From positions 1 through 32,753 of the forward strand of contig CAZSRN010000003.1 of NCBI GenBank assembly GCA_964609115.1: a stretch of 32,753 nucleotides of DNA. The letters are read 5' to 3'. Source of the stretch: an uncultured Veillonellaceae bacterium (GTDB lineage: Bacteria; Bacillota; Negativicutes; UBA1444). Shown piece by piece: positions 1 to 9,963 of the stretch (its first letter is position 1; each line of letters begins with the position of its first letter). The notes beneath the pieces are model-generated. The model was given only the letters and a program-made list of their open reading frames with translations, was not told where the DNA came from and searched no databases. The translations under genes and the position numbers were made by a program.

Positions 1-2
1 GC

Positions 3-131
3 ATTACGGTCAGCATTGGCGTAACCCAGGCTCGTCCCGATGATGAAAATTTTGATGAAGTTCTGGCCCGGGCGGATGAAACCTTGTACCGGGCAAAAAA
101 CAATGGACGGGATCGCGTAGAAGTGGCATAG
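3..131 (+). CDS. C-terminal fragment of a GGDEF-domain protein (diguanylate cyclase family); the 5' end lies outside the window
   Basis: Frame 3 reads ITVSIGVTQARPDDENFDEVLARADETLYRAKNNGRDRVEVA, then TAG at 129-131. The SIGV...AD.ALY.AK..GR.R pattern is the conserved C-terminal end of GGDEF domains. Confidence 0.8.
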   Translation: MTVSIGVTQARPDDENFDEVLARADETLYRAKNNGRDRVEVA

Positions 132-140
132 CTTTAAACA

Positions 141-208
141 ATCCGGGTCTTGCGAAGTAGCCTGGTGCGTTATCAAACGCACAGCTCTTGCAGCCCGGAT
201 TTTTTTTG
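141..208. terminator. Compound hairpin plus T-run between the convergent GGDEF gene and the end of the nif operon; probable intrinsic terminator
   Basis: An outer 7-bp stem ATCCGGG/CCCGGAT (141-147 / 194-200) encloses an inner 7-bp hairpin GTGCGTT/AACGCAC (165-171 / 176-182). T7 follows at 201-207 on the plus strand. The minus-strand side is followed by TTGTTTAAA. Confidence 0.5.
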
Positions 209-222
209 CGCCCAACGGCTCT

Positions 223-255
223 TAGGCAATACACAGGGTATTGCCTATTTATTTT
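223..255 (+). terminator. Second hairpin followed by a T-rich tail, abutting the stop codon of the minus-strand ORF
   Basis: Perfect 9-bp stem TAGGCAATA/TATTGCCTA (223-231 / 239-247) with loop CACAGGG, then TTTATTTT on the plus strand. There is no U-tract on the minus strand. Confidence 0.35.
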
Positions 256-872
256 CCCGTCGCCAAAATCGTCACAAGAATCTGCTGCTCCTGCGTTTTT
301 TGAACAGTGCATTGCCAATCGCGTTTGATTGCCTCCGCTTCCAACCATGGAGGAACGTGTCTGCACAGGATTTCAAGCTCTTTAAAGGAACCTTGCCGGA
401 TTACCGGCAGCAAAACCTGTTTGGAAGTGAGTCCGCCTCCGCTTTTCTGGACCTCAACAATAGACAGAAACACTCGTCCCTCTCCCTTGTTTTCAAGAAC
501 GGGAAAAGGGATTTTTGTCTGCACCCCAGTTTCTTGCGCGGCAGTCTCTTCCTCGGCCAAAATGGAATCCAACAAGCATTCCGGCGGGCCGGAAACTTCC
601 CACATCCCGATATCGGCTTTTTCGAATTCATGCAAAGCCACTCCCTGAAAAGCTTCTGCCATAACAGTATGGCATGAATCCAGAAACTCAACGACTTCGG
701 CCACACGGCCCCGCATTTCCGCCAAGCTGCCAGCCTCGCCCAGATTTACAGGCATCTCCCGGTTTTTGCACCAAATCCCCTGCTGCTTGCGGAAAACGTA
801 CAGAAAGCAGGGCTGCGTCAATAATTCGGTCATCCCCTTTTCATTTACAAAAGCCCCGATTTCTTTTGCCAT
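249..872 (-). CDS. Last ORF of the nif operon, 207 aa; possibly AnfO-like (nitrogenase accessory family). Family assignment is from memory only.
   Basis: Intact ORF with AAGGAGGA 8 nt upstream of the ATG and 24 nt downstream of the ferredoxin gene. The N-terminus MAKEIGAFVNEKGMTELLTQPCFLYVFRKQQGIWCKNREMPV resembles the AnfO-type pattern as I recall it (short IAVF strand, E.G.T, then VY.K..G.W). Confidence 0.5.
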   Translation of the reverse strand: MAKEIGAFVNEKGMTELLTQPCFLYVFRKQQGIWCKNREMPVNLGEAGSLAEMRGRVAEVVEFLDSCHTVMAEAFQGVALHEFEKADIGMWEVSGPPECLLDSILAEEETAAQETGVQTKIPFPVLENKGEGRVFLSIVEVQKSGGGLTSKQVLLPVIRQGSFKELEILCRHVPPWLEAEAIKRDWQCTVQKTQEQQILVTILATGK

Positions 873-896
873 AAATTTCGTCCTCCTTGAGTACTG

Positions 897-1208
897 CTAA
901 CCGATCTGCAGATTCGTTACGATCTTGCCGCCTTCAATGTGTTCATCCATAATGTGTTCCACATCATCCGGAGTTACATTGCCATACCACACGTTATCCG
1001 GATATACCACCACAACCGGGCCCTTTTCGCATAGTCCGAAACATCCGGTGTTGGATACCATCACATCGCCTGATAATCCCCGTTCCTCCAGCTCCTCCAG
1101 AAATTTCCCGACGACGGCAACGCCTTCCTTTGTATGGCAAAAACCTTTTTGCTGCCCATTGGCCCGCGAACTGGTGCAAACAAAAATATGGCGCGTCGGT
1201 TTATTCAT
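897..1208 (-). CDS. Thioredoxin-like [2Fe-2S] ferredoxin (Clostridium pasteurianum 2Fe-2S ferredoxin type)
   Basis: 103 aa. HIFVCTSSRANGQQKGFCH...NTGCFGLCEKGPVVVVYPDNVWYGNVTPDDVEHI gives four Cys at positions 11, 24, 56 and 60, as in the clostridial 2Fe-2S ferredoxin family. AGGAGGA lies 6 nt upstream of the ATG. Confidence 0.85.
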   Translation of the reverse strand: MNKPTRHIFVCTSSRANGQQKGFCHTKEGVAVVGKFLEELEERGLSGDVMVSNTGCFGLCEKGPVVVVYPDNVWYGNVTPDDVEHIMDEHIEGGKIVTNLQIG

Positions 1209-1226
1209 AACCGTTCCTCCTATCGT

Positions 1227-2495
1227 TTATCCTGCTCTTTTCAGCAATAACTTTTGTACAGTCGTTTCCAGCCCGTCGGCGATCCCGCTACAAAACTCCA
1301 CTGCCAGAATTCCATGTGCCATAAGTCTTTCCTTCGCATGCGCACCAATGCGCAAGGTCAGAACCGCATCGCAATCGGACAATTTTTTGACGGTCTCCTG
1401 TTTGAGATCATCTTCACTTTCACAGTAATCATTGCCGCTGCAATATTGGGGGGCAACGCGACGTTCGACCAACGAACCGCCGGTCCCGTCCGTTTCATAG
1501 ATGAGAAAACGTTCTGCATGGCCGAAATGCTGGTCTACCAGCTTCTCATATTTTGACGTAACCGCCACACGAAATAATTTTTTCCCCGTTTCCGGGGCAG
1601 TGTCCGTCTTCTTGGCGCTACAGACGCCATCCGGACAAGCCGGCAACTCCCGGAATTCGGCCGACCGGTCCTGGGTCAGCAGCCCGATCGCATCGGCGCG
1701 GCACTGCTGACAATGACGCATCTGCGGCAAATACGCCTGGCAATTCTCGCGCATGGACGAAACATCTTTATTACTGGTCTGCGGCAAATGAGCAAATGCA
1801 CTGCCGGAAGCCGGAATCAGCGGCATAATATTAGTCAGGGAAGCTCCAGCCTCCTTGACGGCTTTGACGACTTCCGGTATATGGGCCTCATTGACACCGG
1901 GAATCATGACGATGTTAACCTTTATCAAAACACCCCGGCAAGACAAAAGCCGGATTCCTTCCATTTGGTTGTCAAGCAGTTTTTTCATGGCCGCCTGACC
2001 ATGGGAACGAACTCCTTCCCACTCGATATGGGAATATATTTTTTCACTCAGTATTGGATCAATGGAATTGACAGTAACCGTCACATGCCTGACGCCAAGA
2101 TCTACCAGTTCTTGAGCATACTGCGGCAGCATCAGTCCGTTCGTTGACAGGCAGGGAATAAGATCCGGGTACCGCTCCCGGATTCCAACCAGGGTCGCTC
2201 GTGTTTTTTTCCAATTAGCCAACGCATCTCCGGGACCGGCAATCCCGATTACCGCCAGATTATCAAGGCGGGAGTTTACAACGCCTATTTTCGCCAAGGC
2301 TTGATCCGGCGTCAGAATTTCGCTGGTAACGCCGGGACGACTTTCATTTACGCAATCATACAGCCGATTGCAGTAATTGCACTGAATGTTGCAGGCAGGC
2401 GCCACAGGCAGATGCATCCGTGCATATTTGTGCTGCGACTCTGCCGAATAACAGGGATGTTTCGATGCAAGCAGTTCATTTTCATCATAGGGCAT
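1227..2495 (-). CDS. nifB: NifB, radical-SAM FeMo-cofactor biosynthesis protein with a C-terminal NifX-like domain
   Basis: Contains the CNIQCNYCNR radical-SAM CxxxCxxC motif. The C-terminal FRVAVTSKYEKLVDQHFGHAERFLIYE is a NifX/NafY-like domain. I prefer the ATG at 2495 (MPYDENEL), which has GAGGAGGTG 7 nt upstream, over the ORF-track start at 2531. It overlaps the nifN end by 11 nt. Confidence 0.93.
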   Translation of the reverse strand: MPYDENELLASKHPCYSAESQHKYARMHLPVAPACNIQCNYCNRLYDCVNESRPGVTSEILTPDQALAKIGVVNSRLDNLAVIGIAGPGDALANWKKTRATLVGIRERYPDLIPCLSTNGLMLPQYAQELVDLGVRHVTVTVNSIDPILSEKIYSHIEWEGVRSHGQAAMKKLLDNQMEGIRLLSCRGVLIKVNIVMIPGVNEAHIPEVVKAVKEAGASLTNIMPLIPASGSAFAHLPQTSNKDVSSMRENCQAYLPQMRHCQQCRADAIGLLTQDRSAEFRELPACPDGVCSAKKTDTAPETGKKLFRVAVTSKYEKLVDQHFGHAERFLIYETDGTGGSLVERRVAPQYCSGNDYCESEDDLKQETVKKLSDCDAVLTLRIGAHAKERLMAHGILAVEFCSGIADGLETTVQKLLLKRAG

Positions 2496-3867
2496 GGCGC
2501 GCCACCTCCTCTTCATCAAAATAAGCTTCATACAGATCTTCCCGATACGTTTTGTGCCTGCGTTCCAAAAACGTATTGACGCACTTGTCCAGCAGCAGAG
2601 CCGTTCCTGTGTAGCCCACCGACAAAATCCGTTGTGCGCCCAGACGATCCTGTATTGGAAACCCGATTCGCACCAAAGGAATATCGGCCTGTTCTTCCAG
2701 ATACTTTCCGGCCGACGGTCCCATGGCCAGATTGGCGCCTGCGCTTAGACTCTGCGACAGGATTTCCGCCATATCCGTTTCTTCCATCACCCACGTCGGT
2801 TCCAAACTGGCTGACAACAATTTTCGAATACTTTCCCGCCAAATTTCACTGCCGCCGCCAGTCGCCACCACGCTCGGAAACATACCGTTTTCAGCGCATA
2901 ATCCGCTTAACGCATGAACCATTTCCGGATCACCGAACAGCACCGGTCGAAGCTGGAACGAAAGTTTATGGGCGTCGATCATCGCGTCCATCAACAGGCC
3001 GCGCTCCCGTTGCAACGGCAAGGGAATGTCTTTCCCTGTAGCAATCGTCAGTGCCTGAATAAATTTGTCAACATTGGCTAAGCCTATAGGGATTGGCAGT
3101 TTTACCACCGGAACATCATACGTATCTTTCAGCCAAATACCCGGAGACATTTTGTCATCCACAGGACCACCCAGCTCCAACGTCACCACTGCTCCGGACA
3201 TCTGCCGAATGGAGTTCAGCGAAGTTCCCCCTTCGGCAATTTTTCCGTAGGAGGGCTCATACGGTCGATCCATAGTTTCGCTGATATCCGGCAGCATAGT
3301 ATATTTCGCGCCAAACAGGTCCAACCAACGCTTTATTTCGCGCAAATCCGCCGGACTAAGCGCCGCCGGAACAATGACGTTAATTCCGGTATGCATCGGC
3401 GTAGGCGCCGTCAACTGGGAAACCAATTCCCGCAGTGTACTCCAATACCCCTCGGTATGTGTTCCTCCATAGCCCGGCGTCGCAGCTGTGACAATTTTAC
3501 ATTCACACTTGGTTTCCCGCTGATATTCATGGGCAATCCTCCGAATATCTTCGCCTATGGTTTCAGCCAGACAAGTGGTCAAAATGCCTATGATTTCCGG
3601 CTTGTACACACGTCGCACATTATCCATCGCTTTTTTCAGATTCGCTTGTCCGCCGTACACGGTACCTTTTTCATTCAGCGAAGAGGAGGCCACATCGACC
3701 GGTTCATTAAAATGTTCGGCAATGTGCCTGCGCATATAAGTACTACAACCTTGGGAGCCATGCAACAAGGCCATGGAGCCTTCTACGCCCTTCATCGCCA
3801 AAATACCACCCATCGGCATGCACATATGGCAAGGGTTCCGGGATAAATCCCGACTATGTTTAGGCAT
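2485..3867 (-). CDS. nifN: NifN, nitrogenase cofactor scaffold subunit
   Basis: Carries NifK/NifN-family motifs (LLHGSQGCSTYMRRH, GILTTCLAETIGEDI) and sits directly after nifE. The ATG at 3867 (MPKHSRD) has AAGGGGG 8 nt upstream and overlaps nifE by 8 nt. Confidence 0.88.
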   Translation of the reverse strand: MPKHSRDLSRNPCHMCMPMGGILAMKGVEGSMALLHGSQGCSTYMRRHIAEHFNEPVDVASSSLNEKGTVYGGQANLKKAMDNVRRVYKPEIIGILTTCLAETIGEDIRRIAHEYQRETKCECKIVTAATPGYGGTHTEGYWSTLRELVSQLTAPTPMHTGINVIVPAALSPADLREIKRWLDLFGAKYTMLPDISETMDRPYEPSYGKIAEGGTSLNSIRQMSGAVVTLELGGPVDDKMSPGIWLKDTYDVPVVKLPIPIGLANVDKFIQALTIATGKDIPLPLQRERGLLMDAMIDAHKLSFQLRPVLFGDPEMVHALSGLCAENGMFPSVVATGGGSEIWRESIRKLLSASLEPTWVMEETDMAEILSQSLSAGANLAMGPSAGKYLEEQADIPLVRIGFPIQDRLGAQRILSVGYTGTALLLDKCVNTFLERRHKTYREDLYEAYFDEEEVARHAL

Positions 3868-5218
3868 GCGCCACACCCCCTTTCACAGCGTTCCACACCG
3901 GAGACCCCAACGTTGAATATACTTCTGCGGCAAAATTCACAGCGCCGGCATATCCACTGAGCGGATGTTTGCGGTCATGGTTGTGGTCTACAAACGCAAC
4001 GCCCAATTTATAGGCCAACGGACGTTCCTTGACGCCGCCGACGAGAAGGTCAGCGCCCTGTTCCAGCATAAACCGCTCCAACTCCGCCGGATTCGCGTCA
4101 TCCATGATTACCGCGCCTTCCTCCACCAAGGTATCCATCTTTTCATACTCTTCTTTTCGTCCGGTTTGCGTTCCGATCATGACGACTTCCATCCCGATTT
4201 CACGGAACTGTTTGATGAGGGATATCGCCTTGAACCCTCCGCCGACGTATACAGCCGCCCGCTTCCCCTGTAAGCGCTCCCTGTATTTGAGAATCTGAGG
4301 CATCACCCGCGCACTTTCTTCTGCAATCAATTTTTCCACTCGGCTGCTGATTTCTTCATCATCAAAGTGTTTGGCAATGGCTCGCAACGATTCGGCCGTA
4401 TCGGCAAGGCCCAGGAAAGAAACCGACAGACAGGGAATCCCATAAGCTTCCTCAAGTTTCCCCGCCAGATAATGCATGGACCCGGCGCACTGAATGATAT
4501 TCAAGTTGGCCTTGGCTGCGCCGCGTATAGCTTCATATCGGGAATCGCCGGTGAAAACCACATTGACTTCCACTCCGATTCGTTTCAGGTAGCCTCGGAT
4601 AATCCACGCTTCTCCGGCAAGATTGAAGTCGCCGAGATAATTCAGGCACGGTCGTGAATCGGGTTTCCATCCATGCCGGGGAGCATCAATGAGCCGAAAC
4701 AAAACATCACAGGCAGCGCGATAGCCTGCCGACTTGCTGCCGATGAACCCACTGGACTGAACAGGCAGCACCGGAATGTCATATTTTCTGGAAGCCGCTT
4801 TGCAGACGGCTTCCAAATCATCGCCGATTACCCCGACGACACAGGTAGAATAAACAAACACCAAGGGGGGCTTAAATTGGGGAATCAGTTCATCCAATGC
4901 GGCGCTCAGTTTTTTCTCACCGCCGAAAATAATGTCTTTTTCCTTGAGATCTGTGCAAAAACTATTGCGATATAAATCGGCGCCGCTGTTCAGGCTGCCC
5001 CGAATGTCCCACGTATAGCTGGCGCATCCTATCGGGCCATGTACGAGATGCAGGGCGTCAGCCACTGGGTTGAGCACCACCCGCGCACCGCAATATACGC
5101 AGGCGCGCTGGCTTACGCAGCCGGCCTCGCTGTCGGCCTCACATTGAATGGTCTGTTTCTTGCGGCCTTTTTGAATGATGGATTTTTGCCGGGTGTCGAG
5201 AATCGGCTGACTGCCCAT
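3860..5218 (-). CDS. nifE: NifE, nitrogenase cofactor scaffold subunit
   Basis: Carries NifD/NifE-family motifs (HLVHGPIGCASYTWDIRGS, IIFGGEKKL, STCVVGVIGDDLEAV) and lies between nifK and nifN. I prefer the ATG at 5218 (MGSQPIL), with GGAGGTG 8 nt upstream, over the GTG at 5227. Confidence 0.9.
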   Translation of the reverse strand: MGSQPILDTRQKSIIQKGRKKQTIQCEADSEAGCVSQRACVYCGARVVLNPVADALHLVHGPIGCASYTWDIRGSLNSGADLYRNSFCTDLKEKDIIFGGEKKLSAALDELIPQFKPPLVFVYSTCVVGVIGDDLEAVCKAASRKYDIPVLPVQSSGFIGSKSAGYRAACDVLFRLIDAPRHGWKPDSRPCLNYLGDFNLAGEAWIIRGYLKRIGVEVNVVFTGDSRYEAIRGAAKANLNIIQCAGSMHYLAGKLEEAYGIPCLSVSFLGLADTAESLRAIAKHFDDEEISSRVEKLIAEESARVMPQILKYRERLQGKRAAVYVGGGFKAISLIKQFREIGMEVVMIGTQTGRKEEYEKMDTLVEEGAVIMDDANPAELERFMLEQGADLLVGGVKERPLAYKLGVAFVDHNHDRKHPLSGYAGAVNFAAEVYSTLGSPVWNAVKGGVAHA

Positions 5219-5241
5219 GACTTTCACCTCCCATTTATCTT

Positions 5242-6630
5242 TTACATTACCAGTTCGAAGTCTTCATCCGCCGCATCCCGATCCTGTCGGTCCAACAGCG
5301 CTCCGCTGATCATCTCAATCAAACGCATTGCGCCTCGATACCCCACGACCGGCAGATAGGAATGGACGCTTCGGTCCAGAATCGGGAACCCCAACCGCAC
5401 AAAAGGCAAATCTTCCGCCTTTGCAATAAATTTTCCATAGGTATTGCCGATGAGCAAATCCACCGGTTCATTTTTGATCCATTGATGCAAGGTGAAAAGA
5501 TCACCGGCGGATTTTACATTAGCCTGGATTCCAGCGGTATCGAGCATTTCTTTTATTTCGCCTTCGAAGCCTGCCATGCCGGACCCCAGTGCGCCACCCG
5601 GCGTACCCGTAAGCACATGGACCGGTTTCATTCCAAGGCTGAGCAAGAACTCCACCATCGACGCCACAATATCCGGATCACCAAACACTGCAACCGTCTT
5701 TCCATGAAAATGGAAATGCGTATCTGTCATGATGTCCACCAACTGACCCCGTTCTTCTTCCAGCTCCCATGGCGCCTCCTTGGCGAACGCGCCACGCAAG
5801 GCCATGATAAAGGCATCTGTCGCTTTTACGCCAATGGGTGTTTTCAGCGTAACTGCCGGCACTTTGCACTTCTTTTCCAGAGTTTCCGCCGCATCGGAAG
5901 AGGCGAAACGTCCCAGCGCCAGACTCAGTTTGGAATCCCCTGTCTTTTTCAACTCGGCCAGTGTCACTCCTCCGCGGGGATACATCTGAAACGATCCGGT
6001 CATTGGTGAATCGACAACACCTGACGTATCCGGGAACATAATAGAGTCGATTCCCATTGCTCCTGTAATTCGTTTGATCTCGCGCATATCGCCTGGATTT
6101 ACAAAACCGGGGATGATATTGACCCTGTCTTCTTTCTCCGGCAAACAGGCCTCGGAAAAATAGGTAACCATGGCCTTGGTCATATTGGAAAAGCCGGTAA
6201 TGTGAGACCCCTGATAACTTGGAGTGTTGGCGTGAAATACCACTTTCCCTTCCGGAACTTCCGCCTGCTTTATGATGGTCGGCACATCGTCGCCGATAGT
6301 CTCGGACAGGCAGGTAGTATGGACGGCCATCACCTCGGGATTATAAATCTCAAAAACATTTTTGATGGCGGTTTTCAAATTGGCCCCTCCGCCAAATACG
6401 GATGCGCCTTCTGTAAAGCTGCTCGTCGATGCCATGATCGGATCTCTGAAGTGCCGGGTAAGATGCATTCGATGGTAGGAGCAGCATCCCTGGGACCCAT
6501 GACTATGCGGCAAACAACCGTGAATCCCAAGTGCAGCATACATGGCCCCGATAGGTTGACAGGTTTTTGCGGGATTGATCATGCCGCCGCTTGTTCGTTC
6601 AATGATTTTTTTGGGCGTTGCATCCAGCAT
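5242..6630 (-). CDS. nifK: NifK, Mo-nitrogenase MoFe protein beta chain (short N-terminus type)
   Basis: Contains CQPIGAMYAALGIHGCLPHSHGSQGCCSYHR and HTTCLSETIGDD. The start ATG shares one base with the nifD TGA (TGATG junction at 6628-6632). Confidence 0.93.
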   Translation of the reverse strand: MLDATPKKIIERTSGGMINPAKTCQPIGAMYAALGIHGCLPHSHGSQGCCSYHRMHLTRHFRDPIMASTSSFTEGASVFGGGANLKTAIKNVFEIYNPEVMAVHTTCLSETIGDDVPTIIKQAEVPEGKVVFHANTPSYQGSHITGFSNMTKAMVTYFSEACLPEKEDRVNIIPGFVNPGDMREIKRITGAMGIDSIMFPDTSGVVDSPMTGSFQMYPRGGVTLAELKKTGDSKLSLALGRFASSDAAETLEKKCKVPAVTLKTPIGVKATDAFIMALRGAFAKEAPWELEEERGQLVDIMTDTHFHFHGKTVAVFGDPDIVASMVEFLLSLGMKPVHVLTGTPGGALGSGMAGFEGEIKEMLDTAGIQANVKSAGDLFTLHQWIKNEPVDLLIGNTYGKFIAKAEDLPFVRLGFPILDRSVHSYLPVVGYRGAMRLIEMISGALLDRQDRDAADEDFELVM

Positions 6631-8243
6631 CAGGCCTCGCCTCCCTCATTCAATTGCCCATCCAATAAGGGCTGACCCTTCCACGGCGGGGTAATGAAAT
6701 TCCATGTGGGAGAAGCAAAGGCCATACTTATATCCCGGGCAAAGTTCACCGCGCCTTTGAACCCGGCATAGGGGCCGCTGTAATCGTAGGAATGGATCTG
6801 TTTTGCCGGAATGCCCATTTTTTGCACCACATACTTGTCCTTGATGCCTGATGCGAAAATATCCGGTTTCAACAATCGAATGAATTCTTCCGTCTCATAA
6901 TGATTCAAGTCATCCACAATAATACTGCCGTCTTTCATATCTACATTCAGTCCTTTGTAATTACTCAATGGAATTTTCGCCCGCAATTCTTCCGCGATTT
7001 CCGGCGTCAATTTGACGCAATACCTTTCAGTATCCCGCTCCACATGAAGTTCGGGAATGTTTTTGCTGTCCGAATCGGTTTTAATGGTCGGAATGACATG
7101 ACGCCCTTCATAATCGTCGCGGTGGGCAAATTCATAACCCGCCAACACCGTTTCCACCCCAAGTTCTGCAAACAGACCTTGGTAATGATGCCCACGGGAA
7201 CCGCCAACAAAACAAAAAGCTCTTTTCCCGTCGCAGATTTTCCGGTATTGATCCATGCTGGGCTGAATATTGGCCAGTTCGCGCATAATCACTTCCTCTG
7301 TCTTGCGGGTCAGTGTTTCATCGTTAAAATATTGAGCCATGTTCCGCAAGGATTCAACGGTGGAATGAATGCCGATGAAATTAACTTTCAACCAGGGAGT
7401 CCCGTATTTGGTTTCCAACATATCGGCGATGTAATTGATGGATCGGTGACATTGAACCAAATTCAGCTCAGCCGTATGCGCCTGTCTCAGTTCGTCGTAC
7501 GAACCATCTCCTGTCATTACGGATACCACGTGGTATCCGATCTCTTTCAGTACGCGCTCGACCTCCCAACCATCGCCGCCGATGTTGTACTCACCAAGAA
7601 TATTGATGGCGAAAGGCTTCGGTGATTTTTCTTCCGTGGAGTTCCCGATGACCTTGTCCATCAGAATATTATTGGCAATGTGATGCCCGGCGGATTGACT
7701 CACGCCTTTATATCCCTCACAGTTAAACGCCAGCACCTGAATCCCGTGTTTAGCCTCCGCCGCTTTGGCCACCGCCTGTATATCGTCGCCGATCAGCCCG
7801 ACCGGACAGGTGGCCGAAATTGTGATGGCTTTGGGATTAAAAATTTTCAGTACCTCATCGATAGTTGCCGTCAACTTCTTTTCCCCGCCGAATACAATGT
7901 CTTTTTCCTGCATATCGGTGGAAAAGCAGTAGTTTAGAAAATTCTCGCCGGGATCTTCCGTTTTCCCCTTATTGCGCCGGGTTCCCCAGGCATAATAACT
8001 GCAGCCGATCGGCCCATGAACAATATGAATCATATCCTTAATGGGTCCCAGAACCACGCCCTTGCATCCGGCATACGCGCAACCCCGGTTTGTAATGATC
8101 CCCGGTATCGTTCGAGTATTCGCTTCGATTTCCTGATCCGGTTGCGAACAATCTTTAACCAAAATATGCTTGCTGCGATTTTTCTGCACCTTGCCGGGAA
8201 GCTTCCCCAGTATTTCAGTCAATTGATTCTCCGTCATCGCCAT
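6630..8243 (-). CDS. nifD: NifD, Mo-nitrogenase MoFe protein alpha chain, with the long insertion typical of anaerobe-type NifD
   Basis: Contains HIVHGPIGCSYYAWGTRR, IVFGGEKKL, LVQCHRSINY (candidate FeMo-co Cys265) and IHSYDYSGPYAGF (candidate His484). No delta-subunit gene lies between D and K, so this is Mo-type rather than Vnf/Anf. AGAGGAGGTG is 6 nt upstream of the ATG. Confidence 0.95.
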   Translation of the reverse strand: MAMTENQLTEILGKLPGKVQKNRSKHILVKDCSQPDQEIEANTRTIPGIITNRGCAYAGCKGVVLGPIKDMIHIVHGPIGCSYYAWGTRRNKGKTEDPGENFLNYCFSTDMQEKDIVFGGEKKLTATIDEVLKIFNPKAITISATCPVGLIGDDIQAVAKAAEAKHGIQVLAFNCEGYKGVSQSAGHHIANNILMDKVIGNSTEEKSPKPFAINILGEYNIGGDGWEVERVLKEIGYHVVSVMTGDGSYDELRQAHTAELNLVQCHRSINYIADMLETKYGTPWLKVNFIGIHSTVESLRNMAQYFNDETLTRKTEEVIMRELANIQPSMDQYRKICDGKRAFCFVGGSRGHHYQGLFAELGVETVLAGYEFAHRDDYEGRHVIPTIKTDSDSKNIPELHVERDTERYCVKLTPEIAEELRAKIPLSNYKGLNVDMKDGSIIVDDLNHYETEEFIRLLKPDIFASGIKDKYVVQKMGIPAKQIHSYDYSGPYAGFKGAVNFARDISMAFASPTWNFITPPWKGQPLLDGQLNEGGEA

Positions 8244-8260
8244 GGAAACACCTCCTCTTT

Positions 8261-8671
8261 TTACAGTGCCAACTCTCCGCGCTCCGCAGTTCGCACGCGC
8301 ACCACATCCGATATCGGCAAAATAAATATTTTACCGTCGCCCACATTGTTCTCCGTCCGATTGGCGCCGATAATCGCCTGCACGATGGATTCCACTTCGT
8401 TATCTTTGGCGATGATATGAAACATCCGCCGGGGAATCAACCGCGCCCCGTCCAGGAATCCGTCAATCAGCATTTCCGCTTCCTTGGAATCTTCGCCGAT
8501 CGCCATTTCCATCATGTTCGCCTTGCGGGCTGCAATAACGCTTTTATCCGTTACCAGCCGACCCCTTCCCAGCACTTTCAATGCGGTAAATCCGGCAGCA
8601 CCGGAGTCAATCAGGGCTTTTTTCGTTGCATTGGTTTTATTCATTCTCACAACGGCTATTATCTCTTTCAT
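8261..8671 (-). CDS. nifI2: NifI2, PII-family nitrogenase switch-off regulator
   Basis: 136 aa PII-like protein (IIAVVR...LKVLGRGR...GDGKIFILPISDVVRVRT) with an extended T-loop region. It is the second of two PII genes between nifH and nifD. Confidence 0.85.
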   Translation of the reverse strand: MKEIIAVVRMNKTNATKKALIDSGAAGFTALKVLGRGRLVTDKSVIAARKANMMEMAIGEDSKEAEMLIDGFLDGARLIPRRMFHIIAKDNEVESIVQAIIGANRTENNVGDGKIFILPISDVVRVRTAERGELAL

Positions 8672-8680
8672 AGCACCCTC

Positions 8681-9007
8681 CTACAGCTCTTTGGCGCCAG
8701 TGGATACCGTGTAAGCTTCTTCCATGGGACTGACAAAAATCTTGCCGTCACCGAATGCTCCCTTTTCGCTGGTCTTGGCCGAACGCAGGATTACGCTGAC
8801 AATATCGTCCTTGTCGGCATCCTTGACGGCCATAATAATCATCACTTTAGGAATTTCGTCGTACACAATGTTACCGATTTTAATCCCTTTTTGTTTGCCC
8901 CGGCCTACAACTTCCACAACAGTAGCTGCGTTAAATCCTGCAGAGGTTAGCTCATAAAGGACCTCATCCCGCTTTTCCGGTCGGACTACGGCTTTAATCA
9001 GATACAT
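8681..9007 (-). CDS. nifI1: NifI1, PII-family nitrogenase switch-off regulator
   Basis: 108 aa PII-like protein (LIKAVVRPEK...VVGRGKQKG...GDGKIFVSPMEEAYTVSTG), immediately downstream of nifH. Confidence 0.85.
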   Translation of the reverse strand: MYLIKAVVRPEKRDEVLYELTSAGFNAATVVEVVGRGKQKGIKIGNIVYDEIPKVMIIMAVKDADKDDIVSVILRSAKTSEKGAFGDGKIFVSPMEEAYTVSTGAKEL

Positions 9008-9028
9008 CCTTCTTATCCTCCTTCGCTA

Positions 9029-9931
<903 letters not shown>

Positions 9932-9963
9932 TTAAGCCCGCCCAGGGTTTATTGACCACCCTC

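Noticed and set aside
10-677. ORFs 10-366 (minus), 150-677 (plus) and 307-648 (plus) at the left end.
   Set aside because: They span the GGDEF stop and the terminator hairpins, or run antisense to the SD-supported 249-872 gene. None has an RBS.
5362-7625. Long plus-strand ORFs antisense to nifK and nifD (5362-6009, 215 aa; 6900-7625, 241 aa).
   Set aside because: They are shadow ORFs opposite highly conserved nif coding frames. They have no SD sequences, and their composition (rich in R, F, H, Q) is non-protein-like.
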